A stretch of DNA of 64,000 bases from an uncultured Solibacteraceae bacterium (GCA_964573795.1 CAZNMF010000049.1:1232-65231), one strand, 5' to 3'; shown: positions 41,416 through 50,863, counted from the first letter of the stretch. The notes: a model not told the origin generated them from the sequence alone. Program-made: numbers and translations.

Positions 41416-41550
41416 GGGCGGCCACGGGGGGCCGCCCCTACGCGGGCTGCCGTCGGCGGTCTGCGGTCCGAGGATCCGGTGGCCCTTGTGGCCGCCTCGC
41501 AGGTCACTGCGGATTGGCCGACGCTGCAGGGGCGGCCCCCGTGGCCGCCC
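41416..41550. repeat. Second pair of mutually inverted GC-rich hairpins about 114 bp apart (REPIN/BIME-like doublet)
   Basis: Left hairpin gggcggccACGGGGggccgccc (41416-41437), followed by CTAC, which reads GTAG on the other strand. Right hairpin gggcggccCCCGTggccgccc (41530-41550), preceded by GCAG. Same overall geometry as 33732-33864 but with different stem sequences. Confidence 0.45.
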
Positions 41551-41574
41551 GTCACCCGTCGCCCGTGGCCCGCT

Positions 41575-42189
41575 ATGTCCAAAAACTTCGCATCCACACT
41601 CCTCGTTCTCGCCGCGCTCGTCGCGGCGCCGCAGCTGGCCTCCGCGCAGGGCTTTGCGCTCGGGCCGCGTATGAGCTTCGTTCGCGGCGACGTGCCGTCC
41701 GGCACGCCGTCGACGCGCTTCCTTGGCGGGACGGTGCGGATGGGATCGTCGAAGCACGTCGCGTTCGAGCTGGCGCTCGACTATCGCAGCGAGACCAGCG
41801 TGGACGGCCTATCCCGGCTGCGCGAGCGGCCGTTCCAGGGATCGATGCTGCTGTTCCCCGTGCGATCGACCGTCGCGCCGTATCTGCTCGCGGGGTACGG
41901 CATCTATCAGCAGACCTACGACACCTTGGATCCGGCCAACGGTCTGGCGCTCTCGTCGACCGTCTCGCGCAAGAGCGGCGCGCACATCGGCTTCGGCGCG
42001 GAAGTGCTCGTCGTCCGTCACGCGGCCTTCTACATCGACTATCGTCTGCGTTTCGTCCGGTTCGGATCGCCGGAAGGCGACGAGGATCCCGTCGACATCC
42101 CGGGGCAGTCGGTCATCCCCGGCCTCAAGAACGTGCAGTTGTCGCATCAGGGGTCGATGATCACGAGCGGCGTGGCATTTTATTTCTGA
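41575..42189 (+). CDS. Outer-membrane beta-barrel protein (OmpW/porin-like small barrel)
   Basis: Inner start MSKNFASTLLVLAALVAAPQLASAQG (signal peptide). Alternating-hydrophobic beta-strand pattern and a C-terminal ...GVAFYF. Confidence 0.65.
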   Translation: MSKNFASTLLVLAALVAAPQLASAQGFALGPRMSFVRGDVPSGTPSTRFLGGTVRMGSSKHVAFELALDYRSETSVDGLSRLRERPFQGSMLLFPVRSTVAPYLLAGYGIYQQTYDTLDPANGLALSSTVSRKSGAHIGFGAEVLVVRHAAFYIDYRLRFVRFGSPEGDEDPVDIPGQSVIPGLKNVQLSHQGSMITSGVAFYF

Positions 42190-42215
42190 GATTCAGTGTC
42201 ACAATCTGCCGGACG

Positions 42216-42701
42216 ATGATCGGTCCCGGACTGCTCGTGTTGCGGCTCGCGCTGGCGACCGTGCTGGTGGCGCATGGCAGCCACGAGTTGTTCGGGCTGT
42301 TCGGCGGGCCCGGCGCAGGGCCCGGCGGGCTGGCGCAGACCGCCGCGCACTTTGCGAGCATCGGCCTCTCGCCCGGGATCTTCTTTGCGGTGTTGATCGG
42401 CCTGGTCCGGCTCGCAGGCGGCGCGTTGATCGGTGTCGGATACTTCGCGCGCTGGGCCGCGCTCGCGGTCGCCATCCTCGAAGGCCTCGAGACCTGGAAG
42501 GACTTCGCGCGCTGGGGCCTCTTCCTCAACTGGACGCTCGATCCCACCCGCGGCCACGGCATGGAATACGCCATCGTCACGATCGCGGCGCTCGTGTGTG
42601 TGACGCTGGCCGGATCGGGCGAGTGGTCGATCGACGGCGTGCGCGCGCGGTCGGCGGCCTCGCGCGCGGCCGGGCGAGCCAGGCTCAGGGATAGAGTCTG
42701 A
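42216..42701 (+). CDS. DoxX-family membrane protein
   Basis: MIGPGLLVLRLALATVLVAHGSHELFGLFGG..., four hydrophobic segments, 161 aa. Confidence 0.75.
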   Translation: MIGPGLLVLRLALATVLVAHGSHELFGLFGGPGAGPGGLAQTAAHFASIGLSPGIFFAVLIGLVRLAGGALIGVGYFARWAALAVAILEGLETWKDFARWGLFLNWTLDPTRGHGMEYAIVTIAALVCVTLAGSGEWSIDGVRARSAASRAAGRARLRDRV

Positions 42702-42719
42702 TGACGCGTCCAGTGCGTG

Positions 42720-42783
42720 TATCTCGCTATCTCTCTATCTCCCTATCGCACTATCTGATCATCGAGCTATCGGGTTATCTGCC
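42720..42783. repeat. 8-bp tandem array, 8 units, consensus (C)TATCTCN
   Basis: TATC (or CATC) begins at 42720, 42728, 42736, 42744, 42752, 42760, 42768 and 42776, an exact 8-bp period read directly. Confidence 0.85.
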
Positions 42784-42786
42784 TCT

Positions 42787-42814
42787 TTCGAACTTCGTAC
42801 TTCGAACTTCGAAC
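42787..42814. repeat. 7-bp tandem array (TTCGAAC)n, 4 units
   Basis: TTCGAAC TTCGTAC TTCGAAC TTCGAAC, ending 9 nt before the SDR start codon. Confidence 0.85.
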
Positions 42815-42822
42815 GTCCGTCG

Positions 42823-43563
42823 ATGGATCTGACCTCTCGAGTCGTGTTGCTGACCGGCGGCCGCCGGATGGGCGTGACGATCGCGACGGCGTGCGCGCTG
42901 CGGGGCGCGGACGTCGCGGTGGTGTATCGCAAGTCGAAAGACGATGCGGAGGCGGTGCGCGACGCGGTGACGGCGCAGGGACGCCGGGCCGAGCTGGTGC
43001 AGGCCGATGTCTCCGATCCGGCGTCGGCGACGGCCATGATCGCCGCCGTCGATCGCGCGTTCGGCCGGCTCGACGTGCTCGTCAACATGGCGTCGATCTA
43101 CGAGTCCGTCCCGCTCGATCAGCTGACGGTCGATCATTGGCGCCGGCAGCTGTCCGTCGACTTGCACGGCACGTTTCATTCGTCGCTCGCGGCGATTCCG
43201 CTGCTGCGCCGCAGCGGCGGCGGCCGCATCATCAACTTCAGCGACTGGCTGGTCGCCAGCGAGCGGCCGCGCTACGCGGGATACGTGCCGTACTACGTCG
43301 CGAAGGCCGGCGTGAAGGCGCTGACGGAAGCGCTCGCCCTCGAGCTCGCCTCCGATCGGATCCTCGTCAATGCGATCGCGCCGGGCCCGATTCTCGCGCC
43401 GCCGGGCACGACCGACGACGAGAGCGCGGCGGTCGCGCGCGCCACGCCGCTCGGCCAGTGGGGCGGGCCGGGCGAGATCGCGAAAGCCATCCTCGCGCTG
43501 ATCGACTCCGACTTCATCACGGGCGAGACGATCCGCGTCGACGGCGGACGCCACATCGCGTGA
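42823..43563 (+). CDS. Short-chain dehydrogenase/reductase (SDR) family oxidoreductase
   Basis: Contains VVLLTGGRRMGVTIA, NMASI, the active-site YxxxK (YYVAKAGVKAL) and PGPI. Confidence 0.9.
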   Translation: MDLTSRVVLLTGGRRMGVTIATACALRGADVAVVYRKSKDDAEAVRDAVTAQGRRAELVQADVSDPASATAMIAAVDRAFGRLDVLVNMASIYESVPLDQLTVDHWRRQLSVDLHGTFHSSLAAIPLLRRSGGGRIINFSDWLVASERPRYAGYVPYYVAKAGVKALTEALALELASDRILVNAIAPGPILAPPGTTDDESAAVARATPLGQWGGPGEIAKAILALIDSDFITGETIRVDGGRHIA

Positions 43564-43573
43564 GAAGACCCCT

Positions 43574-43629
43574 GACAACTCAGACCTGAGAACCCAGAAC
43601 TGAGAACCGAGAACCGAGAACCCAGAATC
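43574..43629. repeat. 7-bp tandem array (GAGAACC)n, 8 units
   Basis: GACAACT CAGACCT GAGAACC CAGAACT GAGAACC GAGAACC GAGAACC CAGAATC. Fills the SDR-nitroreductase spacer. Confidence 0.85.
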
Positions 43630-43634
43630 GCATC

Positions 43635-44261
43635 ATGAGTGACGACGAGCATCCGAAGGTCGCGGCGGCGGATCACGCGATCCTCGACGTCATTCGGCAT
43701 CGCTGGAGCCCGCGCGCGTTCGACGCGGCGGCCGACGTCAGCGATGCGGAGCTGCGGCAGCTCTTCGAAGCCGCGCGCTGGGCGCCTTCGTCGGCCAACG
43801 AGCAGCCGTGGCGGTTCGTCGTGGCGACGTCGCGGCGGAATCCGCGCGCGTTCGCGGCGCTGCTCGACACGCTCGAGCCGCGAAACCAGGCGTGGGCGAG
43901 GCACGCGCCGGCGCTGGTGCTCGTCGCCATCCGGCTCACGTTCGAGCGAAACGGCGCGCCGAACGCGATGGCGTGGTGGGACGCCGGGCAGGCCGTGGGG
44001 TTTCTGTCGCTTCAGGCGACGGCCATGGGCCTCGCGACGCGGCAGATGGCCGGCTTCGACGTCGAGCGCATCCGAACGGCCTGCAACGTGCCGTCGCTCT
44101 TCGAGCCCGCGATCGTGATGGCCATCGGCTATGCGGGAGATCCCGACCGTCTCGAGGTCGAGAAACATCGCGCCGCCGAGCTCCAGCCGCGCCAGCGCCG
44201 GCCGATCGACGAGTTCGTCTTCGACGGCACGTGGGGGATGGGGTTTGGAACGTCGAAGTAA
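43635..44261 (+). CDS. Nitroreductase-family protein
   Basis: Contains ...RHRWSPRAFD...EAARWAPSSANEQPWRFVV... 208 aa. Confidence 0.85.
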   Translation: MSDDEHPKVAAADHAILDVIRHRWSPRAFDAAADVSDAELRQLFEAARWAPSSANEQPWRFVVATSRRNPRAFAALLDTLEPRNQAWARHAPALVLVAIRLTFERNGAPNAMAWWDAGQAVGFLSLQATAMGLATRQMAGFDVERIRTACNVPSLFEPAIVMAIGYAGDPDRLEVEKHRAAELQPRQRRPIDEFVFDGTWGMGFGTSK

Positions 44262-44287
44262 GAATCCGATCGGGAAACGCGACGTCC

Positions 44288-45133
44288 TTACCCCTCCGCC
44301 AGCGCCAGCACGCGCTCCAGCGTCTTCCTCGCGCTCTTGACCGGCAGATTCGACACGTAGAAGTGACGCACGCCGCACGCGCGCAGCGTGCGGATCGTCT
44401 GCGCGCATACCTCATCCGGCGTCGCACCCGCGGAGAACTCGCGCGTGAGCTCGTCGACGGGCACAGGCAGGAAATGGCGCAGCGTCTCGAGCGTCTTCGA
44501 GCTCGCGCTGCGGTAGTAGAACACGCCGAACACGCCGGGCAGCGCGATGCGCTGCCGCTCGTACTCCGTCTGGAAGCGCTCGATCGCGGCGCGATGATGA
44601 TGCGAGACGATCTGCGTCAGGAAGTACTCGCCGTTGAACGTGCCGTCGGTGAGATAGCCGATCTGCCGCGCGGTGTCGGCGTGCGGGTTGGCCCAGCCGC
44701 CGAGCGACAGGCCCGGCACGTGCGCCGCGATGTGGCGGCGCAGCTCCCACGCGTGACTCACGCAACGCGGCGGCCCGACGGTGCGATCGCCGCCGAGCAC
44801 CACGAGCGATCGAAACCCTTCCTGCCAGGCGCGCTCGGCGTAGCTCAGACAGAAGTCCAGCGAATGCTTCGTCGTCAGAAACGGCACGACGTGATCGCGC
44901 GGCACGTCGGTGCCGAGGTTGATCACGAGATGCCGCAAGTTGTGCTCTTCACGCGCGCCGACGGCGCTGTCGGTGAGGAACACGAACGTGCCCGCGCGCA
45001 CGAGGCCGCGGACCGCGTGGTACGTGTCGATCCACGCGTCGCGGCCCGCCGCCGCATCGAGCTCGGCCCGCGGCGGCCGCAATTCGACGGACACGACGGG
45101 ATCCTTCAACAGGGCCTGCACGAGCGCGGACAT
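44288..45133 (-). CDS. Methylenetetrahydrofolate reductase (MTHFR/MetF) family protein
   Basis: Inner start MSALVQALLKDPVVSVELRPPR... (SxExxPP-type N-terminus). About 281 aa and TIM-barrel-like. Assignment to the family is by eye only. Confidence 0.6.
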   Translation of the reverse strand: MSALVQALLKDPVVSVELRPPRAELDAAAGRDAWIDTYHAVRGLVRAGTFVFLTDSAVGAREEHNLRHLVINLGTDVPRDHVVPFLTTKHSLDFCLSYAERAWQEGFRSLVVLGGDRTVGPPRCVSHAWELRRHIAAHVPGLSLGGWANPHADTARQIGYLTDGTFNGEYFLTQIVSHHHRAAIERFQTEYERQRIALPGVFGVFYYRSASSKTLETLRHFLPVPVDELTREFSAGATPDEVCAQTIRTLRACGVRHFYVSNLPVKSARKTLERVLALAEG

Positions 45134-45221
45134 CCCACGAAGTATAACGAGCGCGCGCCGAGCACCGCGCGGGTCCGCCGCCCACGCGCCGCTGAGATGA
45201 GGGCAGGTAGCTCGATGGCCA

Positions 45222-45295
45222 GATGATCCGCAGATAGTCCGATAGCCAGATGCGAGATAGTGCGTCAGCGCGATAGTGAGATAGCGCGATACAGC
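45222..45295. repeat. 8-bp-period array of GATAG-containing units (reverse complement of the 42720 array)
   Basis: GATAG, GATGC or GATAC begins at 45233, 45241, 45249, 45256, 45272, 45280 and 45288. This is an 8-bp period with one 1-nt slip. Units such as GAGATAGT and GCGATAGT are the reverse complement of CTATCTCN. Confidence 0.7.
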
Positions 45296-45327
45296 GGCTC
45301 TCGTCCTCCTTGCCATAACATGGACCG

Positions 45328-46299
45328 TTGATGGCCACCGCTCTCGCCGCGCTGATGGCGCTGCCCGCCGTCGAGCTGGCGCCGCATCGCACGCCGGTCG
45401 ATCGGCTGGCGCGTCTCGAGCGCGCGCTCGGGCCCGAGTGCCCGCGCCTGCTGATCAAGCGCGACGATCTGCTGTCGTTCGCGCTCGGCGGCAACAAGGT
45501 GCGCAAGCTGCAGCTGCTCGCGGCCGAGGCGCAGCGCGCCGGCGCCGACACGCTCATCACCTGCGGTGCGGTGCAGTCGAATCACGCACGCGTGACGGCC
45601 GCGACGGGCGCGGTGCTCGGCTGGCGCGTCGTCCTCGTGCTCAGCGGCGACCCGCCGGCGCAGCCGACGGGCAATCTCTCGCGCGATCGGGTCTTCGGCG
45701 CCGACGTACGCATCGTGGGGGATCGCAGGGCACGCGCCGCGATGATGGAAGACGTCGCGGAGGAGATGCGCCGCGCCGGCCGACGTCCGTTCGTGATTCC
45801 GCTCGGCGGATCGACGCCGATCGGCGCCGCCGGCATGGCGCGCGCGATCGCGGAGCTCGGGGCCGACCGCATCAGACCCGACGTCATCGTTCACGCGTCG
45901 TCGTCCGCGGGCACGCAGGCCGGGCTGACGATGGGGTGCGCGTTGTTCGGTCTGAAGACGACGGTGCTCGGCATCAGCGTCGACGAGCCGGCAGACGTCC
46001 TGCGCGCGAACGTCGAGTCGCTCGTCGGGCGCATGGCGGAGGCGCTCGGCGCGCGCGCGGAGACGGTCCTGCGATCGCATCCGACCGACGTCGACGACAG
46101 TCAGATCGGCGATGGCTATGGCATCGCGACGCCCGCGTCGGAGGAGGCGTTGACGCTCGTGGCGCGAACCGAGGGCATCATCCTCGATCGGGTGTACGAG
46201 TCGAAGGCGATGGCCGGTCTGATGGCGCGCATCCGCGACGGACGTTTCACCAGGGATCAGACCGTGTTGTTCTGGCACACAGGGGGGTTGAGTGAGTAA
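45328..46299 (+). CDS. PLP-dependent ACC deaminase / D-cysteine desulfhydrase family protein
   Basis: Contains ...LLIKRDDLLSFALGGNKVRKLQLL... (PLP lysine motif GGNKxRKL) and ...GAVQSNHARV... Confidence 0.85.
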   Translation: MMATALAALMALPAVELAPHRTPVDRLARLERALGPECPRLLIKRDDLLSFALGGNKVRKLQLLAAEAQRAGADTLITCGAVQSNHARVTAATGAVLGWRVVLVLSGDPPAQPTGNLSRDRVFGADVRIVGDRRARAAMMEDVAEEMRRAGRRPFVIPLGGSTPIGAAGMARAIAELGADRIRPDVIVHASSSAGTQAGLTMGCALFGLKTTVLGISVDEPADVLRANVESLVGRMAEALGARAETVLRSHPTDVDDSQIGDGYGIATPASEEALTLVARTEGIILDRVYESKAMAGLMARIRDGRFTRDQTVLFWHTGGLSE

Positions 46300-47716
46300 C
46301 GACGCGAACGGGTTGTCGCTGACGTGTCTCGGCGCCGCGCGAACGGTGACCGGATCGAAGCATCTGTTGCAGGTGGACGGTCATCGCATCCTCGTCGATT
46401 GCGGGCTGTTTCAGGGGCTGAAAGCGCTTCGCGAGCGCAACTGGCAGGCGCTGCCGGTCCGCGCGGACTCGATCGAAGCGGTCGTGCTCACGCACGCGCA
46501 CCTCGATCACTGCGGATATCTGCCTCGACTCGTCGCCCAGGGCTTCCACGGCCGCATCTTCTGCACGCCCGCGACGGCCGAGCTCACGCGCATCGTGCTC
46601 GCCGACGCCGCGCACCTGCAGGAAGAAGACGCCGAGCGCGCGAATCGCAAGGGCTACACGAAGCACCATCCCGCGCTGCCGCTCTTCACGACGCAGGACG
46701 CCGAGCGCGCGATGACGATGCTGCAGCCGGTTGGCTACGACCGCGTCGTGCCCGTCGCGCCCGGCATCTCCGCATCGTTCATGAACGCCGGGCATCTGCT
46801 CGGCTCGGCCTACGCGCGCGTGCATCTCGACTCGCGCGGCAAGACGATCCTGTTCGGCGGCGATCTCGGCCGGTACAGCCGGCCGGTGCTGCCCGATCCG
46901 ACGCCCGTGACGGAAGCGGACGTGCTGCTCGTCGAATCCACGTACGGCAACCGTCTGCACGAGGCGGACGACGACGGATCGCGGATCGCGGCGATCGTCA
47001 CGCAGACGGCCGCGCGCGGCGGCAAGGTCATCATTCCGGCGTTCGCGCTGGGCCGCGTCGAGGAGCTGCTCTATTGGGTACGGCGGCTCGAGGACGAGAA
47101 GCGCATTCCCGTGCTGCCCGTGTACGTCGACAGCCCGATGGCGTCGGCCGTGCTCCAGGCGTATCGCCAACGTCTGGACGAGCTCGACCCCGAGATCGCG
47201 CGCACGCCGGCCAATGCCGCGCACGCCCGCGCCGAGCGCAATCTGTGCACGTTCTGCACGGCGCGGCTGAAGGTCGTGTCGACGATTCCCGAATCGCGCG
47301 CCGTGCAGGAATCGACCGATCCGGCGATCGTCATCTCGGCGAGCGGCATGGCGACGGGCGGGCGCGTGCTGCACCATCTCGCGCGCGCGCTGCCCGACGC
47401 GAAGAACACGGTGCTGTTCGCGGGCTACCAGGCGGCGGGGACGCGCGGCCGCCAGATGCTCGACGGCGTGCGCACGACGGTCATTCACGGCCAGGAGGTG
47501 CGCGTCGCCGCGCACATCGAGGCGATCGACTCGATGTCGGCCCACGCCGACGCGAACGAGATCATGCGCTGGCTGAAGAACTTCGCGAAGCCGCCGGCGC
47601 TGACGTGCCTCGTGCACGGGGATCCCGAGCCGATGGACGCGCTGAAGGCGCGCATCGAGAAAGAGCTGGCGTGGACCGTCCGCACGCCCAATCACTTCGA
47701 ACGCATCGATCTCTGA
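46292..47716 (+). CDS. MBL-fold beta-CASP family hydrolase (putative RNA-processing nuclease)
   Basis: HAHLDHCG motif, later ESTYG, and a C-terminal ...SAHAD... (beta-CASP motif C context). GTG start overlaps the previous gene by 8 nt. Confidence 0.8.
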   Translation: MSNDANGLSLTCLGAARTVTGSKHLLQVDGHRILVDCGLFQGLKALRERNWQALPVRADSIEAVVLTHAHLDHCGYLPRLVAQGFHGRIFCTPATAELTRIVLADAAHLQEEDAERANRKGYTKHHPALPLFTTQDAERAMTMLQPVGYDRVVPVAPGISASFMNAGHLLGSAYARVHLDSRGKTILFGGDLGRYSRPVLPDPTPVTEADVLLVESTYGNRLHEADDDGSRIAAIVTQTAARGGKVIIPAFALGRVEELLYWVRRLEDEKRIPVLPVYVDSPMASAVLQAYRQRLDELDPEIARTPANAAHARAERNLCTFCTARLKVVSTIPESRAVQESTDPAIVISASGMATGGRVLHHLARALPDAKNTVLFAGYQAAGTRGRQMLDGVRTTVIHGQEVRVAAHIEAIDSMSAHADANEIMRWLKNFAKPPALTCLVHGDPEPMDALKARIEKELAWTVRTPNHFERIDL

Positions 47717-47726
47717 GGCTGACGCG

Positions 47727-49688
47727 GTGACGCCCATGTCCCGACGCTATCTGCTCGAGCAAATCGACGACGCGGCCGTCGTCCAGTACTACGCGGACGG
47801 TTTCGACGCGCTGCCGCCGGATCAGAAGATCCTCGCGTGGCATCTCTATCAGGCGGCGCTGGCGGGCCGCGACATCTACTACGACCAGCGGTATCGTCAC
47901 GCGCTGGCGATGCGCGACGTGCTCGAGGCGATCCTCACGCACGTCCGCGCCGACGAGCCCGGGCTCGCGGAGACGATCGCCGAGATCCGCCGGTACACGA
48001 AGCTGTTCTGGATCAACTCCGGGCCGCACAACAACATGACCGCGCGCAAGCTCGTGCTGGCGTGCGGCCGCGACGCGTTCCGCCGGGCCGCGCACCTCGC
48101 GCACGGGCGCGGCGCCGCGTTTCCGACTGGCGACGACGAGCCGCTCGACGCGCTGCTCGATCGGCTCGACGGTCCCTTCTTCGATCCGGACGTCGATCCG
48201 ATGGTGACGTCGAAGTCGCCGGAGGCGGGGCAGGACATTCTGTCGGCCAGCGCGAACAATCTGTACGACGGCGTCGCCATGGCCGATCTCGAGGGCTTCC
48301 AGGAGCGCTTCGGTCTGAACTCGCGTCTCGTCAAACGCGACGGCGCGCTCGTCGAAGAGGTCTACCGCGCCGGCGGCCGCTACGGCGACCAGATCACGCG
48401 CATCGTCGAGCACCTGCGATCGGCGCTGGCCTACGCGCCGCCGCCGACGCGCAAGGCGCTCGAGGCGCTGATCCGCTTCTATCTGTCGGGCGAGGACGCC
48501 GATCGCGTCGAGTACGACATCGCGTGGGTGGCCGACAAGGACGCGCCAATCGACACGATCAACGGCTTCATCGAGAACTACCTCGACGCGCGCGGCGTGA
48601 AGGGCGCGTGGGAAGCGCTCGTGTTCTACGTCAACGCTGCGAAGACGGAAAGCCTGCAGCGGCTGGCCGAGGCCGCCGCGTGGTTCGAGGAGCGGATGCC
48701 GTGGGACCCGCAGTGGCGCCGCACCGACGTGGTCGGCGTGACGGCGTGCGCGATCGACGTGATCGTCGAGACCGGCGAGGCGGGCCCGACGACGGCGATC
48801 GGGATCAACCTGCCGAACGATCAGCGGATTCGCGAGCAGTTCGGCAGCAAGTCCGTGTCGCTCGCGAACATCAACGAGGCGTACGAGCAGTCGCTGCCGC
48901 CGAGCTATCGGCGCGAGTTCTGCTGGTCGGAGGAAGAAGTCGCGCGGGCCGAGCGGTGGGGCGCGCTCGCGAGCGAGGTCACGACCGCGATTCACGAAGT
49001 GCTCGGCCATGGCTCGGGCCGCGTCGCCGAACGGCTCGAGGGGCAGCCGCAGCTCGCGCTGAAGGAGACGTACTCGTCCATCGAGGAGTCACGCGCGGAT
49101 CTCGTCGCGCTCTACTTCATGCCCGAGCCGAAGATCGCGGAGATCGGCCTGCTCCCGGCCGAGCACCAGGCGGAGATCGTCCAAGCCGAATATGAAGCTT
49201 ACGCGCGCAACGCGCTCGTGCAGCTCCGGCGCGTCCGGCAGGGGACGACGATCGAGGAGGATCACATGCGCAACCGCCAGATGATCGTGCGGTGGCTGCT
49301 GGCGAACACCGACGCGATCGACGTCCGCGAGCGCGACGGCAAGACGTACTACGTGATGGTGGATGCGGCGGCGTTTCGCGAGGGCGTCGGGCGCCTGCTC
49401 GCCGACGTGCAGCGCATCAAGTCCGAAGGCGACTACGACGCGGCCATGGCGCTCGTCGAAGAGCACGGCACGCGCTTCGATCCGGCGCTGCGCGACGAGA
49501 TCGTGCGCCGCGTCGATCGCCTGAACCTGCCGTCGTACACGGGCTTCGTGCAGCCGCGCCTGGAGGCGGTGATCGACGATGGCCGCATCGTCGACGTGCA
49601 CATCTCGTATCCCCAGGACCTCGAGACCCAGATGCTCGAATATTCCGGCCGGCGTCCGGCGATCGCGGCGGCGATGGATCGACAATAG
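47727..49688 (+). CDS. Peptidase family M49 (dipeptidyl-peptidase III-like) zinc metallopeptidase
   Basis: HEVLGHGSG (HExxGH) and IEESRADLVALY (EExRA[ED]), the two M49 zinc-binding motifs. Alternative ATG start at 47736. Confidence 0.75.
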   Translation: MTPMSRRYLLEQIDDAAVVQYYADGFDALPPDQKILAWHLYQAALAGRDIYYDQRYRHALAMRDVLEAILTHVRADEPGLAETIAEIRRYTKLFWINSGPHNNMTARKLVLACGRDAFRRAAHLAHGRGAAFPTGDDEPLDALLDRLDGPFFDPDVDPMVTSKSPEAGQDILSASANNLYDGVAMADLEGFQERFGLNSRLVKRDGALVEEVYRAGGRYGDQITRIVEHLRSALAYAPPPTRKALEALIRFYLSGEDADRVEYDIAWVADKDAPIDTINGFIENYLDARGVKGAWEALVFYVNAAKTESLQRLAEAAAWFEERMPWDPQWRRTDVVGVTACAIDVIVETGEAGPTTAIGINLPNDQRIREQFGSKSVSLANINEAYEQSLPPSYRREFCWSEEEVARAERWGALASEVTTAIHEVLGHGSGRVAERLEGQPQLALKETYSSIEESRADLVALYFMPEPKIAEIGLLPAEHQAEIVQAEYEAYARNALVQLRRVRQGTTIEEDHMRNRQMIVRWLLANTDAIDVRERDGKTYYVMVDAAAFREGVGRLLADVQRIKSEGDYDAAMALVEEHGTRFDPALRDEIVRRVDRLNLPSYTGFVQPRLEAVIDDGRIVDVHISYPQDLETQMLEYSGRRPAIAAAMDRQ

Positions 49689-49693
49689 ATCGC

Positions 49694-50863
49694 ATGCTCG
49701 TCGTTCGCCGCGCGCTCGTCGCCTGGCTGCTCGTCGTCAGCGCGTGCGGCCCGCGCTCACCACAGTCCTGGCTCGGCACCGCCGAGACGATTGCGCCGGG
49801 CGTCGAGCTGTACCGCAGCGCGGACGAGACGCTCGTCGAGAACAACGGGCCGATCGCCCTCTGCCTGTTGAAGCTCGACCTCACGAAGGTCCGGCTGTCG
49901 AGCGCGCTGTCGAACGACGAAGTCCTCGACGCGGAGTCCGTCGCCGACATCGCGAAGCGCCACGCCGCGATCGCCGCCGTCAACGGCGGCTTCTTCAATC
50001 GCGCGAACGGCGAGCCGCTGGGGCTGTTGAAGGTGGGCGGCGAGCTCGTCAGCGACAGCGCCGCGCTCAAGGGCGTCGTCATCATTCCGCCGCCGGGCCA
50101 GCCGCCGCCGGCGCTGATCTTCGATCGGCTCGCGGCCAAGATGACGCTGACCTTCACGGCCGAGGGGCAGGCCTGGTCCGTCCCGATCGACGGCGTCGAC
50201 ACGACGCGCGAGCGCGGGAAGCTCATGCTCTACACCCCCGCGTACCATGCCGATACCGACACGGCGCCGACGGGCACGGAATGGGTGCTCGACGGGCGGC
50301 CGCTTCGCGTGACGACGATGAGGCCGGGCGCCGGCCGCACGGGGATTCCGCGATCGGGCGCCGTGCTGTCGTTCGGCGGGACGACGCTGCCGCCGGCACT
50401 GACCGCGCTCACCGAGGACGTGACCGTCACCCTGACGACGACGTGGCGCAGCATGAGGGGATTGCCCGCCGCGGCGCTAGAGACGGCCCGCGACATCATC
50501 GGCGGCGCCGGCCTGCTCCGGCACGACGGCGCGCCCGTCAGCGACTGGAAGGCGGAAGCGCTCAGCAGCGACGCCTTCACGGGCGTCCGGCATCCCCGGA
50601 CGATGATTGGCGTCGACGTGCAGGGCCGCGCGTGGCTCGTGACGGTCGACGGCCGGCTGCCGAATTACAGCGTCGGCATGACCTTCGACGACCTGCAGCG
50701 GCTCGCGGCCCGGCTGGAGCTGACGGACGCGCTCAATCTGGACGGCGGCGGATCGACGACGATGGTCGTCGGCGGCGAGGTCGTCAACAAGCCCTCGGAT
50801 CCGGGCGGCGTGCGTCCCGTGAGCGACGCGCTGATCGTCACGAGCGCGGGACGGGTAGAATGA
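49694..50863 (+). CDS. Phosphodiester glycosidase (DUF2233/NAGPA-like) family protein, secreted
   Basis: Inner start MLVVRRALVAWLLVVSACG (lipoprotein-like signal). Contains ...AAVNGGFF... and ...ALNLDGGGSTTMVV... Confidence 0.7.
   Translation: MLVVRRALVAWLLVVSACGPRSPQSWLGTAETIAPGVELYRSADETLVENNGPIALCLLKLDLTKVRLSSALSNDEVLDAESVADIAKRHAAIAAVNGGFFNRANGEPLGLLKVGGELVSDSAALKGVVIIPPPGQPPPALIFDRLAAKMTLTFTAEGQAWSVPIDGVDTTRERGKLMLYTPAYHADTDTAPTGTEWVLDGRPLRVTTMRPGAGRTGIPRSGAVLSFGGTTLPPALTALTEDVTVTLTTTWRSMRGLPAAALETARDIIGGAGLLRHDGAPVSDWKAEALSSDAFTGVRHPRTMIGVDVQGRAWLVTVDGRLPNYSVGMTFDDLQRLAARLELTDALNLDGGGSTTMVVGGEVVNKPSDPGGVRPVSDALIVTSAGRVE

Noticed and set aside
33759-45295. Tandem arrays considered as CRISPR or as coding repeats.
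   Set aside because: Units are only 7-8 bp with no unique spacers. No cas genes are present, and the arrays lie outside credible ORFs.
45134-45327. SAM, THF or B12 riboswitch upstream of the MTHFR-like gene, and likewise upstream of metH (60138-61180).
   Set aside because: None of the conserved riboswitch core sequences I know could be found by eye. The spacer is dominated by the GATAG array. This needs an Infernal scan to be definitive.
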